From a virus (lineage: Duplodnaviria > Caudoviricetes): a stretch of DNA of 64,000 nucleotides. Location: positions 14,690 to 78,689 of IMG/VR virus record IMGVR_UViG_3300020037_003306; one strand, written 5' to 3'. The notes beneath the pieces were generated by a model. The model did not search any database. It saw nothing but the letters and a program-made list of their open reading frames with translations, and was not told the DNA's origin. Numbering within the stretch: the stretch's first letter is position 1; each line of letters opens with the position of its first letter. Below, piece by piece: positions 10,104 through 19,405 of this stretch. The translations under genes and the position numbers were made by a program.

Positions 10104-11705
10104 TTAAATATGAATCATTGCAAAATTGCGAGCACGAGAGATAGCAACATACATAAGACGAAGACAATACTTACGTAAAGTATCAATCTCTTTAGCATTT
10201 GCTTCTCTGTGCATTTTAATAAGAATTGCGTGTTTACTAACACCAAAAGCACCGCCAATGTTTTTACCATCGACAAATACTTTATTATAAGTACTACCTT
10301 GAGATTTATGAACAGTAGAGCCAAAGATATAACTCAAATCTTTAGAAGGAAGAGTATCATCTTTGTACTTCTTATTCAAATCTTCAAGAAGAAGATGATT
10401 GTTTTTAAACTTGTAATAAGCAGGCCATTTCTTATTATGTTTACCTTCATTATGAAAAGGACGGTGCTTATAAACAAAGTTAGCTGTATCTTTAATGTCA
10501 ACAATCATTACATCTACTTCTCTACCAGAGACGAGAGCTTTAAGTGTAACACTATAACCATTAATATCTTCTTCAGACATTGTTTTTGTAACTGCGATAA
10601 CTTCATAATCCTCACTATTAATAAGAATAGGATTCAAATCAGGATAAGTAAGAATATGTTTGTAAGAAGTCATTAAATCGCCAACAACAATACATTCTCT
10701 AGTTTTGAATAATTCATTACGAATAACAAACGCATAATCATTGACTGTTACGTTATTATACGCAATAATTTTTGAATGTTGTTTATCTTCGATAAATTCA
10801 GTATCAAGAAAAGACATTGCAGCGTGCTTTTGCAAATCAAGAGCGGAATCAGTGCAAACATAACCTTTACCGTCAATAATAAATTCAGGCGCAAGCGTAC
10901 GTAACCAAAGAAAAGTACATTCTTTAGAAGCAGCTTTATACAACTCAAGGTCAATGTCAATATCTCTAAATTCTGCATCTTTAAATTGATAAAGAGCGTC
11001 TTTAAGAATATCGTAATTAAGCTGAGTTGGTTGAATATCATAACGGAGAGCTAGAAGAAGCAATGATAAAGGATTATCAGTAGCTTGACGAACGGGAGTA
11101 AGTAATTCACTCATTCCATTCAAATTCTCTTTGAGAAGAGCAGGAGATACATCTTCTCCAACAGGAGGTAATTGGAGAGCATCTCCAACAAAAAGAATTT
11201 TAACTTTGTATCTACGAGCTTGGTCTTTAAGGTAAGTAAGCAAGTCGCTGTTAAGCATACTAGCTTCATCAATAATAACAAGACTAAATTTCTGAATAAG
11301 AGGTTTACTCTTATAATCAAAAACAATCTTATTAATATTGAAGTTCTCAACTTCCAAGTCAGGTTTCAAACCAAGCAATCTTTGAACAGTTTCACTATTC
11401 AATCCAGTAGCACGGCTAATAACTTCTTTAGCTTTATGAGTAGGTGCAGAAACACAAACGCCATATTTTTGCTTAATGACATTTAACACCTCTTTCATAA
11501 CAGTAGTTTTACCAGTTCCAGCAGAACCAGTTAAACCCCAAAAGAGTTCATCAGGTCTATAAGACCAAGCAGCAATATCACTAAGAGCCATAGTTTGACA
11601 GCTACTCCAATTGAAATCATCACTTAAATCCCCTTCAATTACAGGGAAGTTTTTATTCTCTTCTGAATCAAGAAAATCATAAAAACTATCATCATTTAGT
11701 CCCAT
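10104..11705 (-). CDS. RecD/Dda-like SF1B helicase
   Basis: GSAGTGKT, SAPTHKA, IIDEASM, GDALQLPPV, TPVRQA, TVHKSQGSTY, YVAISRAR. Confidence 0.9.
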   Translation of the reverse strand: MGLNDDSFYDFLDSEENKNFPVIEGDLSDDFNWSSCQTMALSDIAAWSYRPDELFWGLTGSAGTGKTTVMKEVLNVIKQKYGVCVSAPTHKAKEVISRATGLNSETVQRLLGLKPDLEVENFNINKIVFDYKSKPLIQKFSLVIIDEASMLNSDLLTYLKDQARRYKVKILFVGDALQLPPVGEDVSPALLKENLNGMSELLTPVRQATDNPLSLLLLALRYDIQPTQLNYDILKDALYQFKDAEFRDIDIDLELYKAASKECTFLWLRTLAPEFIIDGKGYVCTDSALDLQKHAAMSFLDTEFIEDKQHSKIIAYNNVTVNDYAFVIRNELFKTRECIVVGDLMTSYKHILTYPDLNPILINSEDYEVIAVTKTMSEEDINGYSVTLKALVSGREVDVMIVDIKDTANFVYKHRPFHNEGKHNKKWPAYYKFKNNHLLLEDLNKKYKDDTLPSKDLSYIFGSTVHKSQGSTYNKVFVDGKNIGGAFGVSKHAILIKMHREANAKEIDTLRKYCLRLMYVAISRARNFAMIHI

Positions 11706-11711
11706 CTGTTT

Positions 11712-12152
11712 CTATTTAAGACTATTAATTAATCCCATTGCATCGGCAATGGCTTTTACAGTAAAATATTCAAAGCGAAGTTCATCGCTTGTATTGTATG
11801 CTTTATCAGGAGTTTTATCCCAACAACGTCGCCAGTAATAATCAACATCACTTTTACTTTCCCAAAGAAAATCAGCTGCTTTATCAGCTTCATCTATTCT
11901 ATTACTATCAAGAGCATATACATCGTATCCGTTTGGGCGTACTAATATACCTATATTATAGTGTAAGAAAAAACCTTCAAAAATGCCTTTTTGGGCTAGT
12001 GTGGAAGCCGTGAGGAACGTATTTATTAGTGGGTAAGGTTTTTGTACTAATCCGTTATAATACGCTGAAAATCGGGCATTTGAATGCTTTGTTTTAGCGA
12101 GTGCATCAATTATTCTCATCAGTAACAGCATTATCAGGATTAGCAATAGCAT
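11712..12152 (-). CDS. Hypothetical protein
   Basis: 146-aa ORF with hydrophobic N-terminus; start uncertain. Confidence 0.55.
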   Translation of the reverse strand: MLLLILIMLLLMRIIDALAKTKHSNARFSAYYNGLVQKPYPLINTFLTASTLAQKGIFEGFFLHYNIGILVRPNGYDVYALDSNRIDEADKAADFLWESKSDVDYYWRRCWDKTPDKAYNTSDELRFEYFTVKAIADAMGLINSLK

Positions 12153-12318
12153 CTTTTAAGTCTTTTTCTCGACATAGAAGCTTTTGATAGTCGGCAGTAT
12201 CTTCATTAGTAGTAATAACAACATGAAGCCCCCGAAGAGGAGTATGTTTCTTTCTCCATTTTGTCAATTGGTACTTTACCAACATTAATTGGAATCTATA
12301 CTTTAGCTTTTTTCCCAT
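12106..12318 (-). CDS. Small hypothetical protein
   Basis: 70-aa ORF filling the gap between neighbours; start uncertain. Confidence 0.4.
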   Translation of the reverse strand: MGKKLKYRFQLMLVKYQLTKWRKKHTPLRGLHVVITTNEDTADYQKLLCREKDLKDAIANPDNAVTDENN

Positions 12319-12646
12319 TGTCTTTAGTATTTAGTTCTGAAAGTTGTTCTTCAAGTTTACTTAATCGTTCTTTATACTCTTCAACTATTACTTCATAATA
12401 ACGTTGAGTTTTAGCGTTACCAGGAGTAGGATTTTGTGCATGGTTATTTTCAGCTTTAGTTAGTTGAACACTGTATGCAGTAATATTTGATTTCGTTTGC
12501 TTAATTCTATAAGCAAGAATAGATGCAGAAATGAGTCCCATAATAGTTTTATTTAGTTTATAATTAAAAGAATGAGATACCTTAACAACATTAACAGTTT
12601 TGGATTTAACTTCACTGTCACTATTTCTAGCTGTTGCCCAAGCCAC
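12296..12646 (-). CDS. Hypothetical protein with C-terminal coiled coil
   Basis: 116 aa; YKERLSKLEEQLSELNTK heptads. Confidence 0.55.
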   Translation of the reverse strand: MAWATARNSDSEVKSKTVNVVKVSHSFNYKLNKTIMGLISASILAYRIKQTKSNITAYSVQLTKAENNHAQNPTPGNAKTQRYYEVIVEEYKERLSKLEEQLSELNTKDNGKKAKV

Positions 12647-12667
12647 TCCATTAGGAGCAGCGGTTTG

Positions 12668-13039
12668 TTAATAAAATTTGATAGGCGTGATTATACGCTC
12701 TTTAACAAGAGTATCGTAAAGTTTCTTTGTAAGAAATTTCATAATCTCTATTTTAATATCAGCATTAGTAGTGTGAATTGTAATAACTTTTGTAATTCTT
12801 TTTAATTCATTTTCTTTAAAAGAAATTACAAGATTATCAAGAAAAGAAATACCATTAGGTAGTTTAACTTTTACCCACGCTTCTAGAACTGTAAGATTTA
12901 AAGTTTCTTCTTCAATATTTACACAAAAATTTATGTAACTTTGAATAGCATCAATTTTTAATTCAGTTTCTATATGTTTAAGAACTGTTACACAATCTAC
13001 AATTTTAAGAACATTGATTTTAATTCCAAGAGTTGCCAT
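12668..13039 (-). CDS. Hypothetical protein
   Basis: 123-aa ORF in operon orientation. Confidence 0.6.
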   Translation of the reverse strand: MATLGIKINVLKIVDCVTVLKHIETELKIDAIQSYINFCVNIEEETLNLTVLEAWVKVKLPNGISFLDNLVISFKENELKRITKVITIHTTNADIKIEIMKFLTKKLYDTLVKERIITPIKFY

Positions 13040-13204
13040 TTAATTTTTACGTTTACTTTCAACAGGTTTAACTAATTGTTTTACTTTAGTAATTTGCAGT
13101 CTAGTGAGATAAGCACGTGTAGTATCAGTATAACCTTTATCAGCAGGAAAATGCTCTTTAGCTTTCTCTTTAAGCCATTCGATAGATTTATTAATGATAC
13201 CCAT
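13040..13204 (-). CDS. Small hypothetical protein (54 aa, below ORF-track cutoff)
   Basis: Hand translation MGIINKSIEWLKEKAKEHFPADKGYTDTTRAYLTRLQITKVKQLVKPVESKRKN*; exactly fills the gap between 13208 and 13039. Confidence 0.6.
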   Translation of the reverse strand: MGIINKSIEWLKEKAKEHFPADKGYTDTTRAYLTRLQITKVKQLVKPVESKRKN

Positions 13205-13207
13205 ATA

Positions 13208-13684
13208 CTAAAGAGGTTTAAGTTTTTCAACTTTTCTACGCTCATCACTAGAGCAATAAAACCAATAATCAGTAGAAACATTACGAGCTTCTTTGATTCC
13301 TTTCTCGAATTGTTTTTCAAGAGCTTTTGCAGCGGCAGCAGGCATACCAATTGTATTAATTGATTTACCGTTTTTGACATAAACATTATCAGCTACTCTT
13401 TTAACAGGAGTTGCAGCAGGCGCAGAGAAACCAAAGTAATCAGCTTTATGTCCATAACGACGTTTAAAGCTAACATCTTCAATCCAACCGCTCTTTTCAC
13501 GGTCAACAAGCAATTTACCATCACGGTATTGATAATTACCGCTTTTGTCTTTCTTGAAGTGCCATACCCATTTAAAAGGACGGATAATATCAGCACAATT
13601 TAATCCATTTTTAGAAGTTACAGGATTTTTAACTTTACCAGAAACAGGAGTTTTGGTAATACGAGGTTTTTGTGATGTAGGCAT
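13208..13684 (-). CDS. Basic hypothetical protein
   Basis: 158 aa, K/R-rich. Confidence 0.6.
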   Translation of the reverse strand: MPTSQKPRITKTPVSGKVKNPVTSKNGLNCADIIRPFKWVWHFKKDKSGNYQYRDGKLLVDREKSGWIEDVSFKRRYGHKADYFGFSAPAATPVKRVADNVYVKNGKSINTIGMPAAAAKALEKQFEKGIKEARNVSTDYWFYCSSDERRKVEKLKPL

Positions 13685-13693
13685 ACGATTAAT

Positions 13694-14026
13694 TTAATAA
13701 GTGTAAGTAATATTGTTAATTCCAAGTAAAAGTTCAATCCATTCAATAATTCCTAAATCATCAGCATCTAAAAGCATTCGATTAAGAGTAATATTCTCGG
13801 AACAAGTTAGTAATTTATTTTCAGGATTAACATCAGTTTTAAATCTAATAATTTTATTATCGTTTTCAAAAACATGATTATCGAGCATCGCTAGATTCTT
13901 TGTTTCAATTAAAAATTGTTGAACATCTTTGTATTTAGTATCTTTACTAAGAGGGTCAAAACATTCTTTTATAGTAAGAAAACGAGAAACAAGTTTACCG
14001 TTAAAATAAATATTGTTTAGAAACAT
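13694..14026 (-). CDS. Hypothetical protein
   Basis: 110-aa ORF. Confidence 0.55.
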   Translation of the reverse strand: MFLNNIYFNGKLVSRFLTIKECFDPLSKDTKYKDVQQFLIETKNLAMLDNHVFENDNKIIRFKTDVNPENKLLTCSENITLNRMLLDADDLGIIEWIELLLGINNITYTY

Positions 14027-14029
14027 AGT

Positions 14030-14602
14030 TTAAAGGATTAAAAAATTTGTTTCAATAAATTCAATAGCAGCAGCTTCATCAACAAAGCCACCATAACTAT
14101 CTCCAACTTCTTCTTTTGTATGATTACAATGAGGACAAGTTTCAAGATTGATAATTTCGACACGATACATTTCTCCGTTGGAGTATGCAGCCATAACTTT
14201 ACAAGCTCTAGCAGCAGCGAAACCAGCATTGACTGTATTTTGTGTTTCATTATCACTATCAAAACTAGCTAAATTAACAAGACCGTAACCGTGTATTTCA
14301 TCAAAATTAGTAGCGTGTCTTATCTCAATTGTATCGCTACCTTTTACACTAAGAGGAAAAATGAAATACTTATCAAGATAAAAAGTGTGATATATTTCAT
14401 GAGTTTCTTTATCAGCAGTTAAAGTAGCGTTATGATTGCGAATATCTTGAAGGTTAAAATCAGGATGCTCAATTGCTCTATTCCCTCTTTTATAAATAAT
14501 GATAATCTCATCATTTATATCATTTGGATTAGTAGGATGTTCATCAAGATACACACGAGCAATTTGTGTAAGTGAGATTTGAATTTGTTTTGTATGTTTC
14601 AT
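14030..14602 (-). CDS. Hypothetical protein with CxxC
   Basis: 190 aa; YSNGEMYRVEI...TCPHCNH...GDSYGGF. Confidence 0.6.
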   Translation of the reverse strand: MKHTKQIQISLTQIARVYLDEHPTNPNDINDEIIIIYKRGNRAIEHPDFNLQDIRNHNATLTADKETHEIYHTFYLDKYFIFPLSVKGSDTIEIRHATNFDEIHGYGLVNLASFDSDNETQNTVNAGFAAARACKVMAAYSNGEMYRVEIINLETCPHCNHTKEEVGDSYGGFVDEAAAIEFIETNFLIL

Positions 14603-14644
14603 GTTATCTTCGCCTGTATTAAAGTTGTTGTGAGAAATTGATAA

Positions 14645-15058
14645 TTAGTTATCTTTATAAGCAGCTTTAAAAATTGGATTAATTTCAAAATCAAAATAAT
14701 TGATTAAATCTTGAAGAATACTTTTACCTTTAGGACTAATCCAACTACCTCTAAAAGTTATTCCGCAATCAAGACAACCATTATTATTTAATTGTGAAAG
14801 TAAAATATCAGTTAAAGGTTGACCGAAATGTTTAATTAAAGATTCATAATTACCTTCATTAAAATTAATTTGAATAGCGAGAAGGAAATTAGCGTAAGTT
14901 CCTATTGTTTCATTAGAAACATTACTATCAAGTTGAAGAATACCTTCTTTAAGGAAACTCTGTTCATCGTTCCAATGAAGACCTTGCGCATCAATATAAA
15001 CAGAGTCATAATCTTCATCAGTATTTTCAAATTGTTCAATATAAGATTCAGTGTTCAT
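14645..15058 (-). CDS. Hypothetical protein
   Basis: 137 aa; LDCGITFRGSWISPKG suggests a winged-helix tip (weak inference). Confidence 0.55.
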   Translation of the reverse strand: MNTESYIEQFENTDEDYDSVYIDAQGLHWNDEQSFLKEGILQLDSNVSNETIGTYANFLLAIQINFNEGNYESLIKHFGQPLTDILLSQLNNNGCLDCGITFRGSWISPKGKSILQDLINYFDFEINPIFKAAYKDN

Positions 15059-15061
15059 AGT

Positions 15062-15211
15062 TTATTTGAGTTTGTCCGTAAAGTTAGTATTAAAATCTTT
15101 CTTGTATTGTTCAACAGCTAGTTCAACATATTTTTGAGTAAGTTTTGTATCAAGATAATCAATTAATTCTTCAAAAGAATTAAGAATTGTAATATTAGCT
15201 TTTTGTTCCAT
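15062..15211 (-). CDS. Small hypothetical protein (49 aa, below ORF-track cutoff)
   Basis: Hand translation MEQKANITILNSFEELIDYLDTKLTQKYVELAVEQYKKDFNTNFTDKLK*; same TAAACT-ATG start context as neighbours. Confidence 0.55.
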   Translation of the reverse strand: MEQKANITILNSFEELIDYLDTKLTQKYVELAVEQYKKDFNTNFTDKLK

Positions 15212-15243
15212 AGTTTATTGAGCTAGATTAAAATGTGTGAGAA

Positions 15244-15450
15244 TTATTTAATTTTATTGTAACAATAGTCTTTAAGATTATCTCCAAAACTAATAAGACC
15301 GACACCTATAAATCCATTTAATTCAATGACAATATCAATTAATTGTTGAAGGTCTAAATTACCGTTAAGAACAAGTTGTTTAATTAACTCGTTATCTTTG
15401 ACATTAGGTGTAGTTTTATGCGTTTTACTTTTTATTTTAATTTTCTCCAT
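15244..15450 (-). CDS. Small hypothetical protein
   Basis: 68-aa ORF. Confidence 0.5.
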   Translation of the reverse strand: MEKIKIKSKTHKTTPNVKDNELIKQLVLNGNLDLQQLIDIVIELNGFIGVGLISFGDNLKDYCYNKIK

Positions 15451-15453
15451 TGG

Positions 15454-15918
15454 TTATTTACCTAGATACCACCGTTCACCTTTATAAGCAACAGCAGGGT
15501 TAATGAAATAGATTTGATTACTTGCAGTACGAGCTAAAACGTTATGCTCAATTAAGGCTGCAATTCCTTTATAAATTGGACTAGCTGTATTGTATTCAGT
15601 ATGACTTAATACTTCGTCTATAATAATAACTACTTGGTCATTACCATATCTAATTCCATGTTTACAAATAAATACAAATACAACTATTCCAGCACGGTCA
15701 ACATGAAGCAGAAAGTCAAACTCGAATAGTTTGATAAAAGGAGTACGGTCAATATTATGCTCTTTAGCGTATACAACCTTACCCTTATTATTACCTTGAG
15801 AATCCGTTATATGAAAGTCTGTATCTTGAATCTTGACTATTTTAGTCGATTCTTGAATAAACATACCTACAAGAAAGGGATTAGTTTTGTGTATAGGGTA
15901 ATCTTTAATTGCTTTCAT
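15454..15918 (-). CDS. RepL-like winged-helix replication/maintenance protein
   Basis: 154 aa; NPF near the N-terminus, YKGIAALIEHNVLART and C-terminal YFINPAVAYKGER match the plasmid RepL family YxINPxxxxxGxR signature. Confidence 0.7.
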   Translation of the reverse strand: MKAIKDYPIHKTNPFLVGMFIQESTKIVKIQDTDFHITDSQGNNKGKVVYAKEHNIDRTPFIKLFEFDFLLHVDRAGIVVFVFICKHGIRYGNDQVVIIIDEVLSHTEYNTASPIYKGIAALIEHNVLARTASNQIYFINPAVAYKGERWYLGK

Positions 15919-15921
15919 ATC

Positions 15922-16635
15922 TTAGTATTTTGGTAGTTCCATATTAACGTAATAAGGAGGCTGTCTATTTTGTTCATAAAGAGTATAACTATAAGGTTTG
16001 ACAAAGTTTCTACGAAAGTCAATCCAAATGTCTTTGTAAAGTTGAATGCCAGTAATATCAACAAGATGTTCAATGATTGTATATTCAACGATGAATTGAA
16101 CAAATTGGGCAAAGGTAAATGTGTATTGGTACTTAAAAGTATTATGAAGGAAACGATTAAAGCCAACATTAAAGAAAATGAAATTTTGCGTATTATAACG
16201 CATACGGTAATTATCATCTTCAGTAATATTAAAATTTAGAGTTTCATAACGATATTGACGTTGAAATAATTTTAAATAGTGTTGAGTAACTATTTGTAAA
16301 TCATTATTAATTTTGAAAGTGTTATCAATTTGATAATCAAATTTAACTTCAATTTCAGCAGCTATATTAATATGAGTATTTATACTTATATTAAGTGATA
16401 GTTTACCAAATTCAAAATTAAAAATGTTAATTAATTCGTCAACAGGTTCATCTTTAAATTCTCCAAGTCTTAATCCTTCGATTGTAATACATTCACTAAG
16501 TACAAGTACTAAGTCAATATTTTTATCAAATGAACCATTAGGTATTTCAGCAAATATACCTAATAAACTACTAGCAACAAGGGCTTCTTTATTGTTTAAA
16601 TTGCTAAGGGCTATTTGTTTAATTTTGTTAAGCAT
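15922..16635 (-). CDS. Hypothetical protein
   Basis: 237 aa, I/N/F-rich. Confidence 0.6.
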   Translation of the reverse strand: MLNKIKQIALSNLNNKEALVASSLLGIFAEIPNGSFDKNIDLVLVLSECITIEGLRLGEFKDEPVDELINIFNFEFGKLSLNISINTHINIAAEIEVKFDYQIDNTFKINNDLQIVTQHYLKLFQRQYRYETLNFNITEDDNYRMRYNTQNFIFFNVGFNRFLHNTFKYQYTFTFAQFVQFIVEYTIIEHLVDITGIQLYKDIWIDFRRNFVKPYSYTLYEQNRQPPYYVNMELPKY

Positions 16636-16665
16636 AGTAATATTAGGATTAAAAACTCATTATTG

Positions 16666-16697
16666 CAAATTTATGGCTGTTTTTGTTCAATTTGCAA
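16666..16697 (-). promoter_or_regulatory. Bacteroidota housekeeping-sigma-type promoter
   Basis: Minus strand reads TTG-21 nt-TAAATTTG, matching the TTG/-33 and TAnnTTTG/-7 consensus, 30 nt upstream of ATG 16635. Confidence 0.6.
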
Positions 16698-16815
16698 GCT
16701 GGGTTCTCTAAATGAAAAAATACAGGTATTGATTATCAATGAGTTATGAAGGTTTTATGACTATATCTTATGTAATGGTCAGAAGCAATTTAGTACAGGC
16801 GAAAATACCGTAATA

Positions 16816-17247
16816 TTAAGCCTCAAACTTTTGTGTAAGACTACTTTTATACGTTTTATCAAATAAAACTTGATTGAAAGTACTAATAATTTGATACTTA
16901 CGAATACCATTAGCTTTCATTTCAATAGAAATTGTAGTATATAGAGTACTTTTAAGTGTACCATATAAAGCACTTTTAAATACAATTGTAATTCCTTTTG
17001 AACTTTGAGTATAAGATTCAAGTTGTTCAATTTCATCACGCAAACTATTATCCATACCTTCCAATACTCCTTCGATAATAGAAAGATTAGTAGAATGTAT
17101 TTGACTACCATAATCATAAATATCAGATTTACGAGTAAGCCTTTTTCGCAGACTTTCACTAATAGGTAATTTATACCATTTAGCTTTAGGCACAGGAATG
17201 CCTTTTTTCCTAGGTGTTTTTGCACCAATGATTTTAGTTATTTTCAT
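16816..17247 (-). CDS. Hypothetical basic protein
   Basis: 143-aa ORF. Confidence 0.6.
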   Translation of the reverse strand: MKITKIIGAKTPRKKGIPVPKAKWYKLPISESLRKRLTRKSDIYDYGSQIHSTNLSIIEGVLEGMDNSLRDEIEQLESYTQSSKGITIVFKSALYGTLKSTLYTTISIEMKANGIRKYQIISTFNQVLFDKTYKSSLTQKFEA

Positions 17248-17263
17248 TTGTCAATGAGTTTTA
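17241..17263. repeat. 23-bp direct repeat copy 1 (TTTTCATTTGTCAATGAGTTTTA)
   Basis: Identical copy at 17589-17611; each spans a KTH-stop/ATG junction. Confidence 0.9.
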
Positions 17264-17595
17264 CCAGTTAATTTAAAGATTTTATATGTAGAAGGATTGC
17301 TAATAATAAATTCATAAACAAATGTAATAATATCAAATTTAGAAATAAATTTATTATGATTAAAACCTATTCTAAGTTCTTGAATTTCAAGGGTTTTATT
17401 TATTTCTAAAATGATTTTATGTTTATTAGCTTTAGTAATTTTTATATCAGAAAATACATCTATATATGTAAATGAATGTAATACTTCATTAATAGTTTCG
17501 TCAGAAAGTAAAATACCAAATTTACTTTGAATGTGATTAGAAACTTTAGTTAGTATTATATCAGCAATTTCAGGTAAACAGTTACGGTTTTTCAT
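17251..17595 (-). CDS. Hypothetical protein, tandem paralog A
   Basis: MKNRNCLPEIADII...FIISNPSTYKIFKLTGKTH; aligns end to end with 17599..17931. Confidence 0.7.
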   Translation of the reverse strand: MKNRNCLPEIADIILTKVSNHIQSKFGILLSDETINEVLHSFTYIDVFSDIKITKANKHKIILEINKTLEIQELRIGFNHNKFISKFDIITFVYEFIISNPSTYKIFKLTGKTH

Positions 17596-17611
17596 TTGTC
17601 AATGAGTTTTA
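17589..17611. repeat. 23-bp direct repeat copy 2
   Basis: Identical to 17241-17263. Confidence 0.9.
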
Positions 17612-17931
17612 AGAGTGAGTTTATAAATTTCATAAACAGAAGGATTTGCAATGATATAATCATAAATAGTTTTAATAATATCAATATTAGAAGTATATTC
17701 TCCATTAGTAATGGTAGAAGGTAATTCTTTTATTTTATTAAGATTATTTACTTGAGTTAATACTTTAGCTTTTAAATGAAGAATATCAGTTTCGTCCATG
17801 TAAATAAAAGATGCTAAAATACTTACTATTGTATCATTAAAAATAACTAAATTATGATGTTCACGGATTGATAAATCAATTTCAGTAATTACAATTCCAG
17901 CGATTTCTTTTAAACAATTTTGATTTTTCAT
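17599..17931 (-). CDS. Hypothetical protein, tandem paralog B
   Basis: Start at ATG 17931: MKNQNCLKEIAGIV...YIIANPSVYEIYKLTLKTH. Confidence 0.7.
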   Translation of the reverse strand: MKNQNCLKEIAGIVITEIDLSIREHHNLVIFNDTIVSILASFIYMDETDILHLKAKVLTQVNNLNKIKELPSTITNGEYTSNIDIIKTIYDYIIANPSVYEIYKLTLKTH

Positions 17932-17941
17932 TTGATTTAGA

Positions 17942-18340
17942 TTAGTAAGGATACCAAATAATATATTCAGCTCCATTTGTAATACCTTTGTCAAGGTCGG
18001 TTGGAAGAAATATTATTTGAGTGTTGAGAAATTTGAAAATAGATTCGTTAGGTTGCATTTCACGAAGATAGAAACCAAAGCCTTTAATTGAATAAATTTG
18101 AGGATTATCAACTTTAGTTTTAAAGTTATTGATATGCCAAATTTTACCGTAATCATTGAGAGCAACAGGTCCGACTCCTTTAAGAGGTTGTTGCATTCTG
18201 TGAAGGTAATCAAGTTCTGCGAATGTATTTTGATTAGTTGTGATACATTCAAGAATTTCTACAATTTCACTAAAATTAATTTTAGTTTCTGTATTTAATT
18301 GTTGCATGATATTTTGACTAAGATGATTTATTGTTGTCAT
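17942..18340 (-). CDS. Hypothetical protein
   Basis: 132-aa ORF. Confidence 0.6.
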   Translation of the reverse strand: MTTINHLSQNIMQQLNTETKINFSEIVEILECITTNQNTFAELDYLHRMQQPLKGVGPVALNDYGKIWHINNFKTKVDNPQIYSIKGFGFYLREMQPNESIFKFLNTQIIFLPTDLDKGITNGAEYIIWYPY

Positions 18341-18352
18341 GGTTGTATTTGC

Positions 18353-18880
18353 TTATGTAGTGATTTCAATAGGTTGGATAAATTCTTGTTCAACAAGGAA
18401 ATTGTAAAGTTTGATTATTAATCGACTGTGAAAGAAAGCTGCACTGTATTGACCAAGATTTTTATTATTTATATCGTCAATAGTAGTTTGCATTTCAGCT
18501 TTTGTTAATTGAACTGTAATAGTTGTATAAGAAGGTTCAATCAAGGTTATTTCGAGAGGGTCATTAGTTTCAACTTTAATTTGTAATTGTTCAAGTGTAA
18601 CCCACATTTTACAATTATCACGATGAGGAGATTTAAAAGTAAAATGAAGATTATCGTTAGTTTGAGGTTCAAATGTATGTGAAAGGATATACTCTTTCAT
18701 TTTCATTGAAGCGATTTGAAGACTAGGTTGATTGTGTTGAATAGTTGTTTGTAATTGTTTGAGTGTATCGGGATTATTTGTTAGGTAATCGAGTGTACCT
18801 TTAACAATTTTAGTATCTCTATCCTCAATAAAACCGTGTTCGCTAATTATATTGTTAGTAATTGTTTCCTTTATTGTCAT
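18353..18880 (-). CDS. Hypothetical protein
   Basis: 175-aa ORF. Confidence 0.6.
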   Translation of the reverse strand: MTIKETITNNIISEHGFIEDRDTKIVKGTLDYLTNNPDTLKQLQTTIQHNQPSLQIASMKMKEYILSHTFEPQTNDNLHFTFKSPHRDNCKMWVTLEQLQIKVETNDPLEITLIEPSYTTITVQLTKAEMQTTIDDINNKNLGQYSAAFFHSRLIIKLYNFLVEQEFIQPIEITT

Positions 18881-18904
18881 GGCTTGTTGTATGTTTTGAA
18901 ATTG

Positions 18905-19405
18905 TTAAAAAGAAGCTTGCATTATAATATTACTAAGTTTATGTAAACTGTAATCAGGAGGTTTAATGCGAAAATCATGCTTAGTCTTTTTGTGAAGTTT
19001 GCTATAAAGAGCGAGGATAAATTGAGTAGTAATGAAATCTTTAAGGAAATTTACTATGTTCAATTGATTAAGATTTACTCGATTAACTTCACAAAACTTG
19101 TCAAGATATTCTATAAATGGAACACGATAATTATCGTTATTTGTTTCAATGAAATGAACTACACTGATTTGAAAATGTAAATCTTTTAGTTCATCAATAT
19201 CCATTATATAATCGCTATTAAGACCGTTAATAAGAATAACATAATGTAAATGTTTGTTGTTATTAAGGAATTGACTAAGGCGTTTATTTTGTTTATAAGG
19301 ATATGGACATGGATTGATGTAACGATTATCACGTCCAAATGGATTGATTTTAATATCGTTAGGATATTCTATTTTGTGATTATTATGCTCGGCTTTTAGA
19401 TACAT
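18905..19405 (-). CDS. Hypothetical protein
   Basis: 166-aa ORF. Confidence 0.6.
   Translation of the reverse strand: MYLKAEHNNHKIEYPNDIKINPFGRDNRYINPCPYPYKQNKRLSQFLNNNKHLHYVILINGLNSDYIMDIDELKDLHFQISVVHFIETNNDNYRVPFIEYLDKFCEVNRVNLNQLNIVNFLKDFITTQFILALYSKLHKKTKHDFRIKPPDYSLHKLSNIIMQASF

Noticed and set aside
16745-16775. dif-like XerCD site (TATGACTATATCTTATGTAAT)
   Set aside because: Only a loose AT-rich resemblance; no integrase in the window.
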